Assembly: GCA_964626705.1 (NCBI GenBank)
Contig: CAZVGL010000003.1
Span: 6,543-70,542 of the forward strand
Source: an uncultured Candidatus Saccharibacteria bacterium
GTDB taxonomy: Bacteria > Patescibacteriota > Minisyncoccia > Phycocordibacterales > UBA2163
Direction: 5' to 3'
DNA length: 64,000 nt
Under the pieces are notes generated by a model. That model was not told where the DNA came from and did no database searches. It worked only from the letters and a program-made list of their open reading frames with translations. Both the position numbers and the translations under genes were made by a program. This document shows, in pieces, positions 49,949 to 59,166 of this stretch (position 1 is its first letter; each line of letters starts with the position of its first letter).

Positions 49949-50272
49949 TTATACTAACTTAAATTTTATTATTTTGACAATAGTATTTTCGTCAACTTTG
50001 TCGCCGTAGTATTTTTTAAATTCTTCGTACATTTTTTCTTCACTTTCAAATTTTTCTTGCCCTTCAAAATCAGCGTCTTCTAATTGCCCAAGAGGTTTTT
50101 CTCTTACTTCTGTCAGTTCAGCTTTTCCAAATACTTCTTTAGTATCCCAATTTATCAAATCCACCATATCACCAACCTGCAAATCTTTATCGTCAAAAAG
50201 CCGCCAAGTGGATGTTTTTTCACCGGATAGTATGAGGGGTATGAGGTATGGGCGGAATTTTAGGGTTTTCAT
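49949..50272 (-). CDS. ASCH-domain (PUA-like) protein
   Basis: 107 aa. N-terminal RPYLIPLILSGEKTSTWR resembles the ASCH GxKxxExR signature. Confidence 0.45.
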   Translation of the reverse strand: MKTLKFRPYLIPLILSGEKTSTWRLFDDKDLQVGDMVDLINWDTKEVFGKAELTEVREKPLGQLEDADFEGQEKFESEEKMYEEFKKYYGDKVDENTIVKIIKFKLV

Positions 50273-50299
50273 GGGGGGGGTAAGTTATATTTTATTGTA

Positions 50300-50842
50300 T
50301 TAAGACACAGCTCTTAATAAGTTCATTCTTTCCTTTAATTTTTTAAAGATTTCATTTGTCAGTCTAACACTCTTCATAATTCCTTGAATTTCATCTTTTG
50401 GCACAATTCGTATCTTTATTTTTCCCTTAACCGGGATAAAATCATATCGTATGTCCACGAAATCTTTTATTTTTATTACTCCTTTATTGGTAGATATAAA
50501 ATATTCTTTATCTTTTATAGAAATATCAAGTATGCCTATATTTTTAAGTTCATCATGCCCTATCGCTTCGCCTAATTTTACAACATTGTGACCAACTTTT
50601 TGAAGCTCTTCTTCAACCTCTTTAGATGTTTCGAAATTTGATCTTAATATAAACTGCGCCTTTAAAAGAAGTTCAAAATGAAAAGATAATAGTATATACA
50701 ATGATCTTAAATGAGCTTGTTCTGTCACCATTTTATTACGAACCGCATACTCTTCTAAAAAATCAAGACCTGACGATACTCGAGCGAATAATTTAAGACA
50801 GGTTACATATTTATCAAATAAATTTTTATCTATATCTTTCAT
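50300..50842 (-). CDS. Hypothetical protein (180 aa)
   Basis: Coding composition. First gene of an apparent four-gene minus-strand unit. Confidence 0.3.
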   Translation of the reverse strand: MKDIDKNLFDKYVTCLKLFARVSSGLDFLEEYAVRNKMVTEQAHLRSLYILLSFHFELLLKAQFILRSNFETSKEVEEELQKVGHNVVKLGEAIGHDELKNIGILDISIKDKEYFISTNKGVIKIKDFVDIRYDFIPVKGKIKIRIVPKDEIQGIMKSVRLTNEIFKKLKERMNLLRAVS

Positions 50843-50857
50843 ATATGTTTATACCTC

Positions 50858-51607
50858 TTAAACCAAAGCTTTTTTGTGTTTTGTACTCCATTCATACAAA
50901 GCAATAGCGGTAGATGCCGCAACATTCAAAGATTCACATTTTTGATTCATAGGAATAGAAAGCAAAATATCACATAATTCTTTTGTTTTTTCTCGTACCC
51001 CTTTTGCTTCATTACCGAGGATGAAGACGGTTGGTGTGTCGAACGGCTCATCGGCTATATTCTTTTCTGACTCTCCTTCCAGCCCATATATCCAGAAACC
51101 TTTCTTCTTTAAATCACGTACCGCATTATTCACATTACTAATCTGTATAAGTGGAATACGAAATGCCATACCAGCAGATACTTTTATTACAGTACCAGAT
51201 ATTTGTGCTTGATTATGCGGTGGTATCAATATTCCTGACACACCAAAAGCGACGGCTGATCTGATGATAGCTCCGACATTCTGCGGGTCTTGTATCTCAC
51301 TCAATACAACAAGGTTAGTATCTTCTGTGATCTCAAGGTCAGAGATAAACTCTTTGTAGTCCACCACTAACTTATCAGCTGAAACCTCTGCGACAACACC
51401 TTGATGCACGATCTCGTCGTCCTTTTTATTATAATCTAGCGTAAGAGGAGTGATGTTTGCGTCTTTTATAGCCTTACGCAAAGTAGCGTCGTCGTTTTCT
51501 TTTGCTAAAAGAACTTTATCTAATACATCGGGTTTATGTTGCAAAGCTTCCATGACTGCATGTTTTCCATATATTTGAATCTTGTTTTGCGTATTTTTTA
51601 TTTTCAT
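50858..51607 (-). CDS. TrmH/SpoU-family RNA 2'-O-methyltransferase (RlmB-like) (start taken at MKIKNTQ)
   Basis: N-terminal substrate-binding domain (IYGKHAVMEAL) and C-terminal SPOUT motifs (NVGAIIRSA, GLEGESEKN, ILGNEAKGV). Confidence 0.75.
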   Translation of the reverse strand: MKIKNTQNKIQIYGKHAVMEALQHKPDVLDKVLLAKENDDATLRKAIKDANITPLTLDYNKKDDEIVHQGVVAEVSADKLVVDYKEFISDLEITEDTNLVVLSEIQDPQNVGAIIRSAVAFGVSGILIPPHNQAQISGTVIKVSAGMAFRIPLIQISNVNNAVRDLKKKGFWIYGLEGESEKNIADEPFDTPTVFILGNEAKGVREKTKELCDILLSIPMNQKCESLNVAASTAIALYEWSTKHKKALV

Positions 51608-51687
51608 GGGGGTTATGGGTGTATTTTGTGTGTAAGAACCGCACTTAAATTGACTAGGACTATTGTACGAAGTTAGAACCTGTTTCA

Positions 51688-52437
51688 TTAATTAAGTAGT
51701 TTGATTGAGTCTAAGATTTCATTAAAAATATGCTCGTCTTTCTTGAAATCAGCCATATTTTTTTTATCCTCGTAACTCTGTAAAGCATCTGCGTGATTTT
51801 CAAAAGTTTTGCTCACCCCATATGTTATCTTCAATAAATCAACATAGATTGTTTCCCCCGCTTTACCGAGAGGAACTTTCTTACTTATAGGACTAAGAAA
51901 AGCGTCTATTTTCTGTAAATAACAATCGACTACGCTTAACCCTCCCTCACCGGCACATGCATTAAAAGTAGAAAAATATGCATCATGGCTTAAGAATTCA
52001 CCTTTGTTTTGTTGATAAGATGTAGGCATGTCATCTGTTGGAAAGAAAAGATTATACTTTGCTGATTTTATTATTCCGATTTTAACAGATAGCCGCCTTC
52101 CTCCTAAGTTTTTTTGAATATCTATATAATAATCATTATCTTTTGTGAGAATCCAATCCTGTGGGTATTTCACCTCAATACCAAGTTCTCTACTGCTGTA
52201 TGTTTTCCAATCGGCAGTTTCGTCAAATTCATCCTTAACGACCACTGCATTCTTTGGCTGTTCTGTTACAACTTCTTCGCCATTATCTTTCTGATTTTCT
52301 TCAACAAAAGTAGTGTCGTCTGTATCTTTAACAATTAGATTAGTATTATTAATAACATAAGCACCTCCTACACCAATAGCAATAACTGCAGCAATAACTA
52401 CAAACAGTATCCCAACTAATCCAAATCCTTTATTCAT
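51688..52437 (-). CDS. Hypothetical secreted protein
   Basis: Signal/TM N-terminus GLVGILFVVIAAVIAIGVGGAYV. A TACTATAATAAAAAT box lies directly before the ATG. Confidence 0.4.
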   Translation of the reverse strand: MNKGFGLVGILFVVIAAVIAIGVGGAYVINNTNLIVKDTDDTTFVEENQKDNGEEVVTEQPKNAVVVKDEFDETADWKTYSSRELGIEVKYPQDWILTKDNDYYIDIQKNLGGRRLSVKIGIIKSAKYNLFFPTDDMPTSYQQNKGEFLSHDAYFSTFNACAGEGGLSVVDCYLQKIDAFLSPISKKVPLGKAGETIYVDLLKITYGVSKTFENHADALQSYEDKKNMADFKKDEHIFNEILDSIKLLN

Positions 52438-52476
52438 ATTTTTATTATAGTAAAATTAATAACATTATCTGCACAG

Positions 52477-52547
52477 CTGCCGGACTAGGACTCGAACCTA
52501 GATACCTAGTACCAAAAACTAGTGTCCTACCATTAGACGATCCGGCA
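52477..52547 (-). tRNA. tRNA-Gln (anticodon UUG); CCA not encoded
   Basis: Cloverleaf read by hand. Acceptor stem UGCCGGA/UCCGGCA, D-arm GUCU-AAUGGUAG-GGAC, anticodon arm CUAGU-UUUUGGU-ACUAG, T-arm CUAGG-UUCGAGU-CCUAG and discriminator G. A TATAAT box lies upstream at about 52560. Confidence 0.75.
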
Positions 52548-52638
52548 ATATATTCAATTATACCAAAAACCCACCACTTCGACGATCCGGCAATTTATTT
52601 ATTTGCTACGTAACATGCTACGTAACAAACTCAACTAC

Positions 52639-52702
52639 GGCCGAGGACTCACCTCCGTACATTCCGCTTCGCTCCATTCCCCGAGGAAAGACCTCCGCCT
52701 CC
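52639..52702 (+). repeat. Copy A of a roughly 55-nt conserved intergenic element (AAGG/GAGG-ACTC-ACCTCC...CCGAGGAAAGACCTCC)
   Basis: Aligned by eye with copies at 55476-55534 and 59496-59551, all in the same orientation. Confidence 0.5.
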
Positions 52703-52703
52703 A

Positions 52704-53741
52704 CTATTTACTATCTTGCCCCAAGATCTTGATCAAAGCAAGTTCTAGGGGAAGTTGGGGGATATATGAGCGACCAGTGGCGTCATACGCTAGCAGTAGC
52801 TCTGTAAGTGTATTTGAGTTGATCTTACTCTTTTCTTCCCCACTGAGCTTCTTTAAAAGCTCAAAATCCTCCCCACCAAACTGCTCTTTTATAACACCCT
52901 CCATATCTTTTGCATATTTCAGAAGCATTACAGAACGCACTTTATGAAGTATCATTTTCAAAAACACTTTCATGTCTATATTCCCCTCCACAGCAGAGTT
53001 CACTGCTTGAAGACTTTTATCCAAATCCCCTTCTGCAAGACCTCCAACTATATCGTTCACTAGCTGACCCTTTGGCGCACCGGCCACTCTCTCCACCTCC
53101 TCTACACTCACCTTCTTGTCAGCAGATGAAAAGAGTATCTTCTGGAGTATGCCATGTGTATCACGGAAAGAGCCGTCGCCAAGCATCGCTATAAGCTCTG
53201 AAGCAGACGACTCAAGCTCAAAACCTTCTTTCTTTGCAGTTGCTTCAACTATTTTTTTTAAAATCTTCTGAGACGGCTTTTTAAATGTAAAAGTCTGACA
53301 CCTAGATACTATAGTGTCAGGAAGCTTCTCTATCTCTGTGGTCGCAAGCATGAATATCACATGTGTAGGTGGCTCTTCTAAAGTCTTCAGGAGTGCATTA
53401 AACGCTTCTTTTGTAAGCATGTGCACCTCGTCTATTATATATACTTTATACGGTGACTCAAACGGTAACACTGTTACAGCTTCTCTAAGCTCACGGATGT
53501 CGTCAATACCTCTGTTTGATGCCGCATCTATCTCATGCAAGTCATTAGGAGAACATTTTACTTCATTTGCCAATATCCTCGCAATACTTGTTTTGCCAGT
53601 CCCACGAGAACCAGAAAAGAGGTAAGCGTGAGCAATATTACCTTGCTTAAGAGCACCAGTAAGTGCATCTACAATATGCTCCTGACCAAGCACATCTTTA
53701 AACCCCTTCGGGCGGTATTTTCTATAGAGTACCTCTGACAT
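52704..53741 (-). CDS. dnaX: DNA polymerase III gamma/tau subunit, short form (start taken at MSEVLYRKYRPK)
   Basis: YRPK..F.DVLGQEH, Walker A SGSRGTGKTS, DEVHML (Walker B), sensor motifs and zinc-less clamp-loader architecture. Confidence 0.85.
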   Translation of the reverse strand: MSEVLYRKYRPKGFKDVLGQEHIVDALTGALKQGNIAHAYLFSGSRGTGKTSIARILANEVKCSPNDLHEIDAASNRGIDDIRELREAVTVLPFESPYKVYIIDEVHMLTKEAFNALLKTLEEPPTHVIFMLATTEIEKLPDTIVSRCQTFTFKKPSQKILKKIVEATAKKEGFELESSASELIAMLGDGSFRDTHGILQKILFSSADKKVSVEEVERVAGAPKGQLVNDIVGGLAEGDLDKSLQAVNSAVEGNIDMKVFLKMILHKVRSVMLLKYAKDMEGVIKEQFGGEDFELLKKLSGEEKSKINSNTLTELLLAYDATGRSYIPQLPLELALIKILGQDSK

Positions 53742-53880
53742 AGGCAATATTATATCACGTAATCCACATAAGCCGAACCAACCCCTTGACATTTCCCCCG
53801 TATATGCTAGTATATAGCTTGGTCACCCGTTTTTGTATCTGTGTATATTTATATTTTCTAAATTATTTAGGAGAATGAAA

Positions 53881-53988
53881 TATGTCATTTATACAGTCTT
53901 TTAAAACAGTCGTAACGGAAGTAGCAATGATAGTAGGATTGGTTCTTGCTTATTTTATAACCGCAAAGATAGGAGGTATATTGTGGTA
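53881..53988 (+). CDS. Small hydrophobic peptide (35 aa: MSFIQSFKTVVTEVAMIVGLVLAYFITAKIGGILW)
   Basis: AGGAGA RBS 8 nt upstream. A single TM helix. Shares an F(K/R)xxVTEV motif with the peptide at 54297-54422. Confidence 0.35.
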
Positions 53989-54003
53989 AGAATAGGCAAA
54001 CTA

Positions 54004-54111
54004 ATGGACAAGTCTGCGGATGTATTTTGGGATATCATTACACATAAATACTGCAAAGTACTTTATATCGCAGTAATGATCGCATGTTGCGCCATAATAG
54101 CCACAGTCTGA
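54004..54111 (+). CDS. Small hydrophobic peptide (35 aa: MDKSADVFWDIITHKYCKVLYIAVMIACCAIIATV)
   Basis: ORF with a C-terminal TM helix. Weak RBS. A hairpin terminator follows at 54127-54167. Confidence 0.25.
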   Translation: MDKSADVFWDIITHKYCKVLYIAVMIACCAIIATV

Positions 54112-54296
54112 CTGTCTACTCGACAGTACACACCCCCACCAAACATTGGTGCGGGTGTGTTTTTATTTACCTGACTACAAAACAAACACAATTAACTTAT
54201 GCACCTGTGTTTGTTTACCCTCAAATACATAAATGTTATTTTAATAATAGCAGTAGAAGAACCTTTATTTTTGTAATCTGTAAAGTGGAGGGTAAG

Positions 54297-54422
54297 ATGA
54301 CTATTAGTGTAAAGCAATCTGGAAAGTTTCGAGAAATGGTAACAGAAGTATTACCACGATATTATCCACATATTTTTGCAGTCATTGTTGTAGCCGTTGG
54401 CTTGTGTGCAATATTTGGCTAA
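54297..54422 (+). CDS. Small hydrophobic peptide (41 aa: MTISVKQSGKFREMVTEVLPRYYPHIFAVIVVAVGLCAIFG)
   Basis: GGAGGG RBS 7 nt upstream. C-terminal TM helix. A bidirectional terminator follows at 54449-54497. Confidence 0.4.
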   Translation: MTISVKQSGKFREMVTEVLPRYYPHIFAVIVVAVGLCAIFG

Positions 54423-54499
54423 CAGTCACCACCATTTTTATCAGAAAGACCCTAACGCTCAAATCAGTTTGATTTGTACGAGCGTTAGGGCTTTTTTGT

Positions 54500-55453
54500 T
54501 TATTTATTTAAATACTCATTCACAGTATTTTCTACATCACTTGCTGTTTTTGCTTCCATAAGTTTAATGCGCAACTCTTTTGCACCATCCCAACCATACA
54601 CATATGCTTTATAATGCTTCTTCATAATAGAGAAGTTTTTTTGTGAAGCTATCTCTTCAAAAAGTTTTGTATGCTCTACCATTACTTTTAATTTTTCTTC
54701 TATATCCACCTCACCTTTCTCTTCATCAAAAAGCCATGGATTACCAAATATTGCCCTACCGAGCATAACGCCGTCTGCCCCAGTCTCTTCTGCTTTTTCT
54801 CGTGCATCTTTTATATCTTTTATGTCACCATTGCCACAAATTAATGTGTCACTTTTCATCTTGTCGCGCATCTCTACTGCTCTTTTTATATAAGACCAAT
54901 CAGCAGGAACTTTAGACATTTGTTTTCTTGTGCGCGCATGGATAGTTATCACTGCAGGCTCTGCTTTAAGAAGTACTGGCAACCATTCATCTAGCTCATC
55001 TTTGTTATACCCTACTCTTGTTTTTACAGACACTGGTAGATCCCCCGCACCATCTTTTGCAGCTTTTATGAGTTCTGCTGCGAGCTTTGGATTCTTCATA
55101 AGAGCAGACCCTGCGCCTTGCTTTTCTATACTTCTATCAGGACAACCCATGTTTATGTCTATACCGTCAAAACCTAGCTCAACTGCGAGCTCGGCTGCTT
55201 TTTTCATACGCTCAGGGTCAGATGTAAAGAACTGCGCAACTATAGGCCTCTGGGCTTCTGTAAACTCCAAGTCTTTTACAAGAGCTTCTTTGCCACCGAG
55301 AAAAAGCCCGTCTGCAGAGACAAATTCTGTATAAGTGACGTCAGGTTTTCCATACTTTGCTATAACCCGCCGAAAAGGTGCATCCGTGACATCTGCCATA
55401 GGTGCAAGTACAAAAAACGGCTTATTTAGCTTTTTCCAAAATTCTTTTGACAT
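54500..55453 (-). CDS. tRNA-dihydrouridine synthase (Dus family, FMN-dependent TIM barrel)
   Basis: FVLAPMADVTDAPFRRV N-terminus and the conserved catalytic Cys in INMGCPD. Confidence 0.85.
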   Translation of the reverse strand: MSKEFWKKLNKPFFVLAPMADVTDAPFRRVIAKYGKPDVTYTEFVSADGLFLGGKEALVKDLEFTEAQRPIVAQFFTSDPERMKKAAELAVELGFDGIDINMGCPDRSIEKQGAGSALMKNPKLAAELIKAAKDGAGDLPVSVKTRVGYNKDELDEWLPVLLKAEPAVITIHARTRKQMSKVPADWSYIKRAVEMRDKMKSDTLICGNGDIKDIKDAREKAEETGADGVMLGRAIFGNPWLFDEEKGEVDIEEKLKVMVEHTKLFEEIASQKNFSIMKKHYKAYVYGWDGAKELRIKLMEAKTASDVENTVNEYLNK

Positions 55454-55475
55454 AAATCTAATATATCATTTATAC

Positions 55476-55534
55476 TCCTCAAGGTCTCACCTCTTCCGTC
55501 GCTCCACTCCTCCTCGAGGAAAGACCTTTTCCCG
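55476..55534 (+). repeat. Copy B of the conserved intergenic element (TCCTCAAGGTCTCACCTC...CCTCGAGGAAAGACCTTTTCCCG)
   Basis: See copy A. Lies between the dus start and the ftsQ-like stop. Confidence 0.5.
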
Positions 55535-55541
55535 TATAAAA

Positions 55542-56366
55542 TTATTTAAACTTAAAATACACTTTATTACCAAAACGGAAATCTGCATAGTCTAAGACCT
55601 CAAGACTTTCTTTCTCAAACTCTTCCCCACCAAATACAGATTGTATATTTTCAAAAATACTCGAAAGGTTCTGCTTCCTTCCAAAGAGTATCTTACCTCC
55701 ACTCCCTAGCACTATCTCAAAATCATCTTTATCTAAAATACTAAACACTACTGGGTTCAAACCAATCTCTGAAAGAGAAGTTAAGAAAAAGTTAATCTCT
55801 TTAAAATCTGCAACTTCCATAAACTGCTCTCCTATATCTACCTCAGATCCAAAATATCTTAAAAACACACTCCCAGAGAAGTCTGGTGCTTTTGTAAACA
55901 TAAGCCCGTCTTCATCTAAGAAATAACAGTCTGTAGTTGTAGAAACTTCACTACCACAATAAAGCGCATGGGGCTTTCTCTCTTCTACACTAATAGATAT
56001 AGACTGCAAACTTTCAAACGAGACATCCACTTCTTTTATCTCTTTAAAATCTGCAAGAAGTTTTTCTTGCAAGTCTTTTCTTGGATACAGAAGTATACTT
56101 GATTTTGGAAAGACATATGCGTAGTTGCCAGATATCTTATCTTCCACAAAACCTTTTATTGATTTTGTTGCTATAGCTGAATTACCTTTTATATTAATAT
56201 CAATAATATTTATACGCTCTGCTCTAAGTGCAAACACGACACCTACTGTTATCAAGACCAAAACAGCAAGAATACCACTGATCTTTAATATCAGTAATTT
56301 TCTTCTTCTTTCTGCAAGTTTGGAGTGCGGTTTATGTCGATGGTGTTTGCGTCTTATTGTTGTCAT
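55542..56366 (-). CDS. FtsQ/DivIB-like cell-division protein (TM + POTRA-like domain)
   Basis: Basic N-terminus, a single TM helix (ILAVLVLITVGVVFAL) and a beta-rich periplasmic domain. Family call by architecture only. Confidence 0.45.
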   Translation of the reverse strand: MTTIRRKHHRHKPHSKLAERRRKLLILKISGILAVLVLITVGVVFALRAERINIIDINIKGNSAIATKSIKGFVEDKISGNYAYVFPKSSILLYPRKDLQEKLLADFKEIKEVDVSFESLQSISISVEERKPHALYCGSEVSTTTDCYFLDEDGLMFTKAPDFSGSVFLRYFGSEVDIGEQFMEVADFKEINFFLTSLSEIGLNPVVFSILDKDDFEIVLGSGGKILFGRKQNLSSIFENIQSVFGGEEFEKESLEVLDYADFRFGNKVYFKFK

Positions 56367-57639
56367 TTTCTACACTTTTTTTAATAACACTTCTTCCTCC
56401 CATATATTTTTGAAGCACTTCTGGAATATTTATTGAGCCGTCTTCGTTTTGATTGTTTTCTATAAGAGCGATTAGTACGCGCGGAGTTGGTATAGCTGTA
56501 CCGTTTAGAGAATATACATAATGCTTTTTACCATTATCATCATACCTAGTATTGAATCTGCGAGTTTGGAAATCGTGATAATACGATGCACTAGCTATCT
56601 CAGCGTATCTTTTCTCGGCAGGAAGCCAAAGATCTGTATCGTATGATTTAACCTGACTTGATTTCAAATCACCTTTACATATAGAAAGCTGTCTGTATGG
56701 TAAATTAAGTGACTCAACAAACTCTTCAGTGTTTCTTTGTATCTCTTCATGAAATTTAACAGATTCCTCGTGGCTTGCTTCACATAAAATAAGTTGTTCA
56801 AGCTTAAAGAATTCGTGTACTCGCATAAGACCTTTAGTGTCTTTACCATGACTTCCTGCCTCGCGCCTAAAGCATGGAGAGAAAGCAAGATAACGTTTTG
56901 GCAAATCTTCTTTTTTTAACATTTCATCTGAGTGATACGCCATCATCGGTACTTCAGCAGTACCTGACAGATAGTCGTCATCTTGTGTTTTGAAGAGGTC
57001 GTCTGCATCTGTCGGCAAGTGTCCTGTACCATAAAAGAAATCTTTTTTAACAATAGATGGTGCTATGAATGGTTCAAAATTTTTCTTTAAGAAAAACTCT
57101 TGCGCATAGTTCCAGATAGCCCACGAAAGAAGAGCGCCGTCATTTTTAAGAAAATACCCACGGAAACCATGCACTTTACTTCCACGTTCAAAGTCCACCA
57201 TATTTAGGTTTTGCATTAGCTCTATATGACCTTTGGGCTCAAAGCTAAATTCTGGAATATTGCCCCATTTTTTTATTTCTTTATTATCGTCCTCACTCTC
57301 TCCATCTGGTACAGACATATCAGGGATATTCGGCACACGCACCATCAGATGTTGCCACTCTTTCATAACCTCTCTTAGTTCAGACTCTTCTCCTGTGATA
57401 ACATCTTTGAGCATTTTCATCTTCGTTATAAGATGATTGCGCTCTTCTTCATCTACTGTTTTTGCTATCTCTTCTGACACAGTGTTTTGTTCAGCCTTTT
57501 TCTCCTCAAAACTAGTTATCCTTTTCCTTCTATCGTCGTTAACCTCAACCAGCCTATCAATATCAACTTCCACATGCTTTTTCTTAGCTGCTGCTTTTAC
57601 TATGTCTTTATTTTCTATAATAAATTTGATATCTAACAT
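56332..57639 (-). CDS. serS: Serine--tRNA ligase
   Basis: N-terminal coiled-coil arm (MLDIKFIIENKD...) and class II motifs (FRRE, GSHGKDTKGLMRVHEF, NGTAIPTPRVLIALIEN). Confidence 0.9.
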   Translation of the reverse strand: MLDIKFIIENKDIVKAAAKKKHVEVDIDRLVEVNDDRRKRITSFEEKKAEQNTVSEEIAKTVDEEERNHLITKMKMLKDVITGEESELREVMKEWQHLMVRVPNIPDMSVPDGESEDDNKEIKKWGNIPEFSFEPKGHIELMQNLNMVDFERGSKVHGFRGYFLKNDGALLSWAIWNYAQEFFLKKNFEPFIAPSIVKKDFFYGTGHLPTDADDLFKTQDDDYLSGTAEVPMMAYHSDEMLKKEDLPKRYLAFSPCFRREAGSHGKDTKGLMRVHEFFKLEQLILCEASHEESVKFHEEIQRNTEEFVESLNLPYRQLSICKGDLKSSQVKSYDTDLWLPAEKRYAEIASASYYHDFQTRRFNTRYDDNGKKHYVYSLNGTAIPTPRVLIALIENNQNEDGSINIPEVLQKYMGGRSVIKKSVENDNNKTQTPST

Positions 57640-57674
57640 TCCTTATATAGTATCAAAAGTGATAGAATAAACAA

Positions 57675-58538
57675 ATGAGTAGTGACATTAGACAACTAAC
57701 ACCAGAACAATACCCAGAGCTTCTTAAGGAAATCAACGACCCACCTAAGAAGCTTTATGTGCGCGGTGAGCTTCCTCCAACAGAGATGAGATACTTATGT
57801 GTAGTAGGTTCTAGAAAATATTCCCCATATGGAAAAGAAGCGTGTAGAACCTTAATAAAAGGTTTACGTGGATATCCTATAGTTATAGTCTCAGGTCTCG
57901 CACTCGGCATAGACTCCATAGCGCACGAAGCAGCGCTTGAAGTAGGCCTTAAGACTATCGCTGTTCCAGGTTCTGGACTTAATGAAAATGTACTACATCC
58001 AAAAACAAATAAAGATCTTTCAAGGAGAATAGTGGGTTCAGGTGGTACATTACTCTCAGAGTTTGAAGAAAACTTTAAAGCCACGTACTATAGCTTCCCG
58101 CAAAGAAACAGGGTGATGGCGGGCATGTCACAAGCTACTCTTATAATAGAAGCTGAAGAAAAGTCCGGCACACTTATAACTTCCAAGTTTGCTACCGAAT
58201 ACAACAGAGACGTACTCACAGTGCCTGCTTCTATATTTTCTGGCAACTCATCCGGCCCGCATATGTTGCTCCGACTCGGTGCCACACCTATAAGAAAAAG
58301 CGAGGATATCTTAGAAGCATTGGGGTTTAATGTAGAAGAAAAACAACAAACTTTAGATCTTGAGAGTCTGTCTGAGAAAGAGCAAAAAATAGCATATATA
58401 TTAAATACGCCAATGACACGCGACGATCTTATAAGTAAGCTTAACCTCCCAATACAAGAAGTAAATGTAACCCTTTCCGCAATGGAAATAAAAGGTATTA
58501 TAAAGGAGAGTATGGGGGAAATACGAATTAATAAGTAA
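57675..58538 (+). CDS. dprA: DNA-processing protein DprA (Smf)
   Basis: LCVVGSRKYSPYG, IVSGLALGIDSIAHEAAL Rossmann-like DprA signature and a C-terminal winged-helix-like tail. Lies upstream of topA, as is common. Confidence 0.85.
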   Translation: MSSDIRQLTPEQYPELLKEINDPPKKLYVRGELPPTEMRYLCVVGSRKYSPYGKEACRTLIKGLRGYPIVIVSGLALGIDSIAHEAALEVGLKTIAVPGSGLNENVLHPKTNKDLSRRIVGSGGTLLSEFEENFKATYYSFPQRNRVMAGMSQATLIIEAEEKSGTLITSKFATEYNRDVLTVPASIFSGNSSGPHMLLRLGATPIRKSEDILEALGFNVEEKQQTLDLESLSEKEQKIAYILNTPMTRDDLISKLNLPIQEVNVTLSAMEIKGIIKESMGEIRINK

Positions 58539-58550
58539 TAACATTTTTTT

Positions 58551-59066
58551 ATGATCAAAAAAACAGTAGGACTTATAGTATTAGCAAACACACAAGAAAA
58601 AGGGTTAGTAGCTGTACTTCAAGTACGTGGTAATTTTAATACTGAAAAAAACAATAAAGAGACATACAACGGCGCTTGTCAGCTTACAGTACATGGAAGT
58701 ATGAACGACGGTGAGTCAGAAACAGATACACTTCTGCGTGAGACAAGAGAAGAACTTGGCGAAGATTTTGCAGAGATCTTGGAGTCAGAACTTAATATAC
58801 ATAAAAATTTTATCGATCTAAATAAAATAGAAAATGAGAATATGTCAGTTGCGAATTTCGGCACAATGGTAAAAGAGAGTGCTTTAAAAGAAATAGAGAT
58901 CAATCAATCAACAGGTGGGAGTATAAGACTCATATCAAAAGACGATATAGGAAACATTCGCGAACTAACGCCAGAAGACAGAGAAAATGGTATTGCAGAG
59001 GATGAAACAGTGATGTTCCCAGACGACATAGAAGCAGTGAAACTAACATTTGAGAAGTTTGCATAG
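58551..59066 (+). CDS. NUDIX-family hydrolase (putative)
   Basis: Nudix-box-like GESETDTLLRETREELGEDF (Gx5Ex7REUxEExGU pattern). Confidence 0.45.
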   Translation: MIKKTVGLIVLANTQEKGLVAVLQVRGNFNTEKNNKETYNGACQLTVHGSMNDGESETDTLLRETREELGEDFAEILESELNIHKNFIDLNKIENENMSVANFGTMVKESALKEIEINQSTGGSIRLISKDDIGNIRELTPEDRENGIAEDETVMFPDDIEAVKLTFEKFA

Positions 59067-59166
59067 AGTTTGACAAAGAATATAGCTATGTTACTTTATT
59101 GGAAGCAACGCAGTTTTTTAAGTGGTTATATATATCTTTTTTATTTATTTTGAAAGGGGTAATTGT

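Noticed and set aside
52681-52700. The GAGGAAAGACC core of the repeated element resembles the RNase P RNA P4 region (GAGGAAAGUCC)
   Set aside because: The element is only about 55 nt. There are no flanking P1-P3 or P10-P12 helices and no ACAGAACCCGGCUUA partner strand.
52600-52702. Possibility that the region next to dnaX is the SRP RNA (ffs), which often neighbours dnaX
   Set aside because: No GGAAGCAGCC/AGGUCAGG domain-IV consensus on either strand. It also lies on the 3' side of dnaX.
54084-54422. 112-aa track ORF spanning most of the dnaX-dus spacer
   Set aside because: There is no RBS at its ATG and its translation is low-complexity. Only the last 41 codons have a strong GGAGGG RBS and a TM helix, so the short peptide is called instead.
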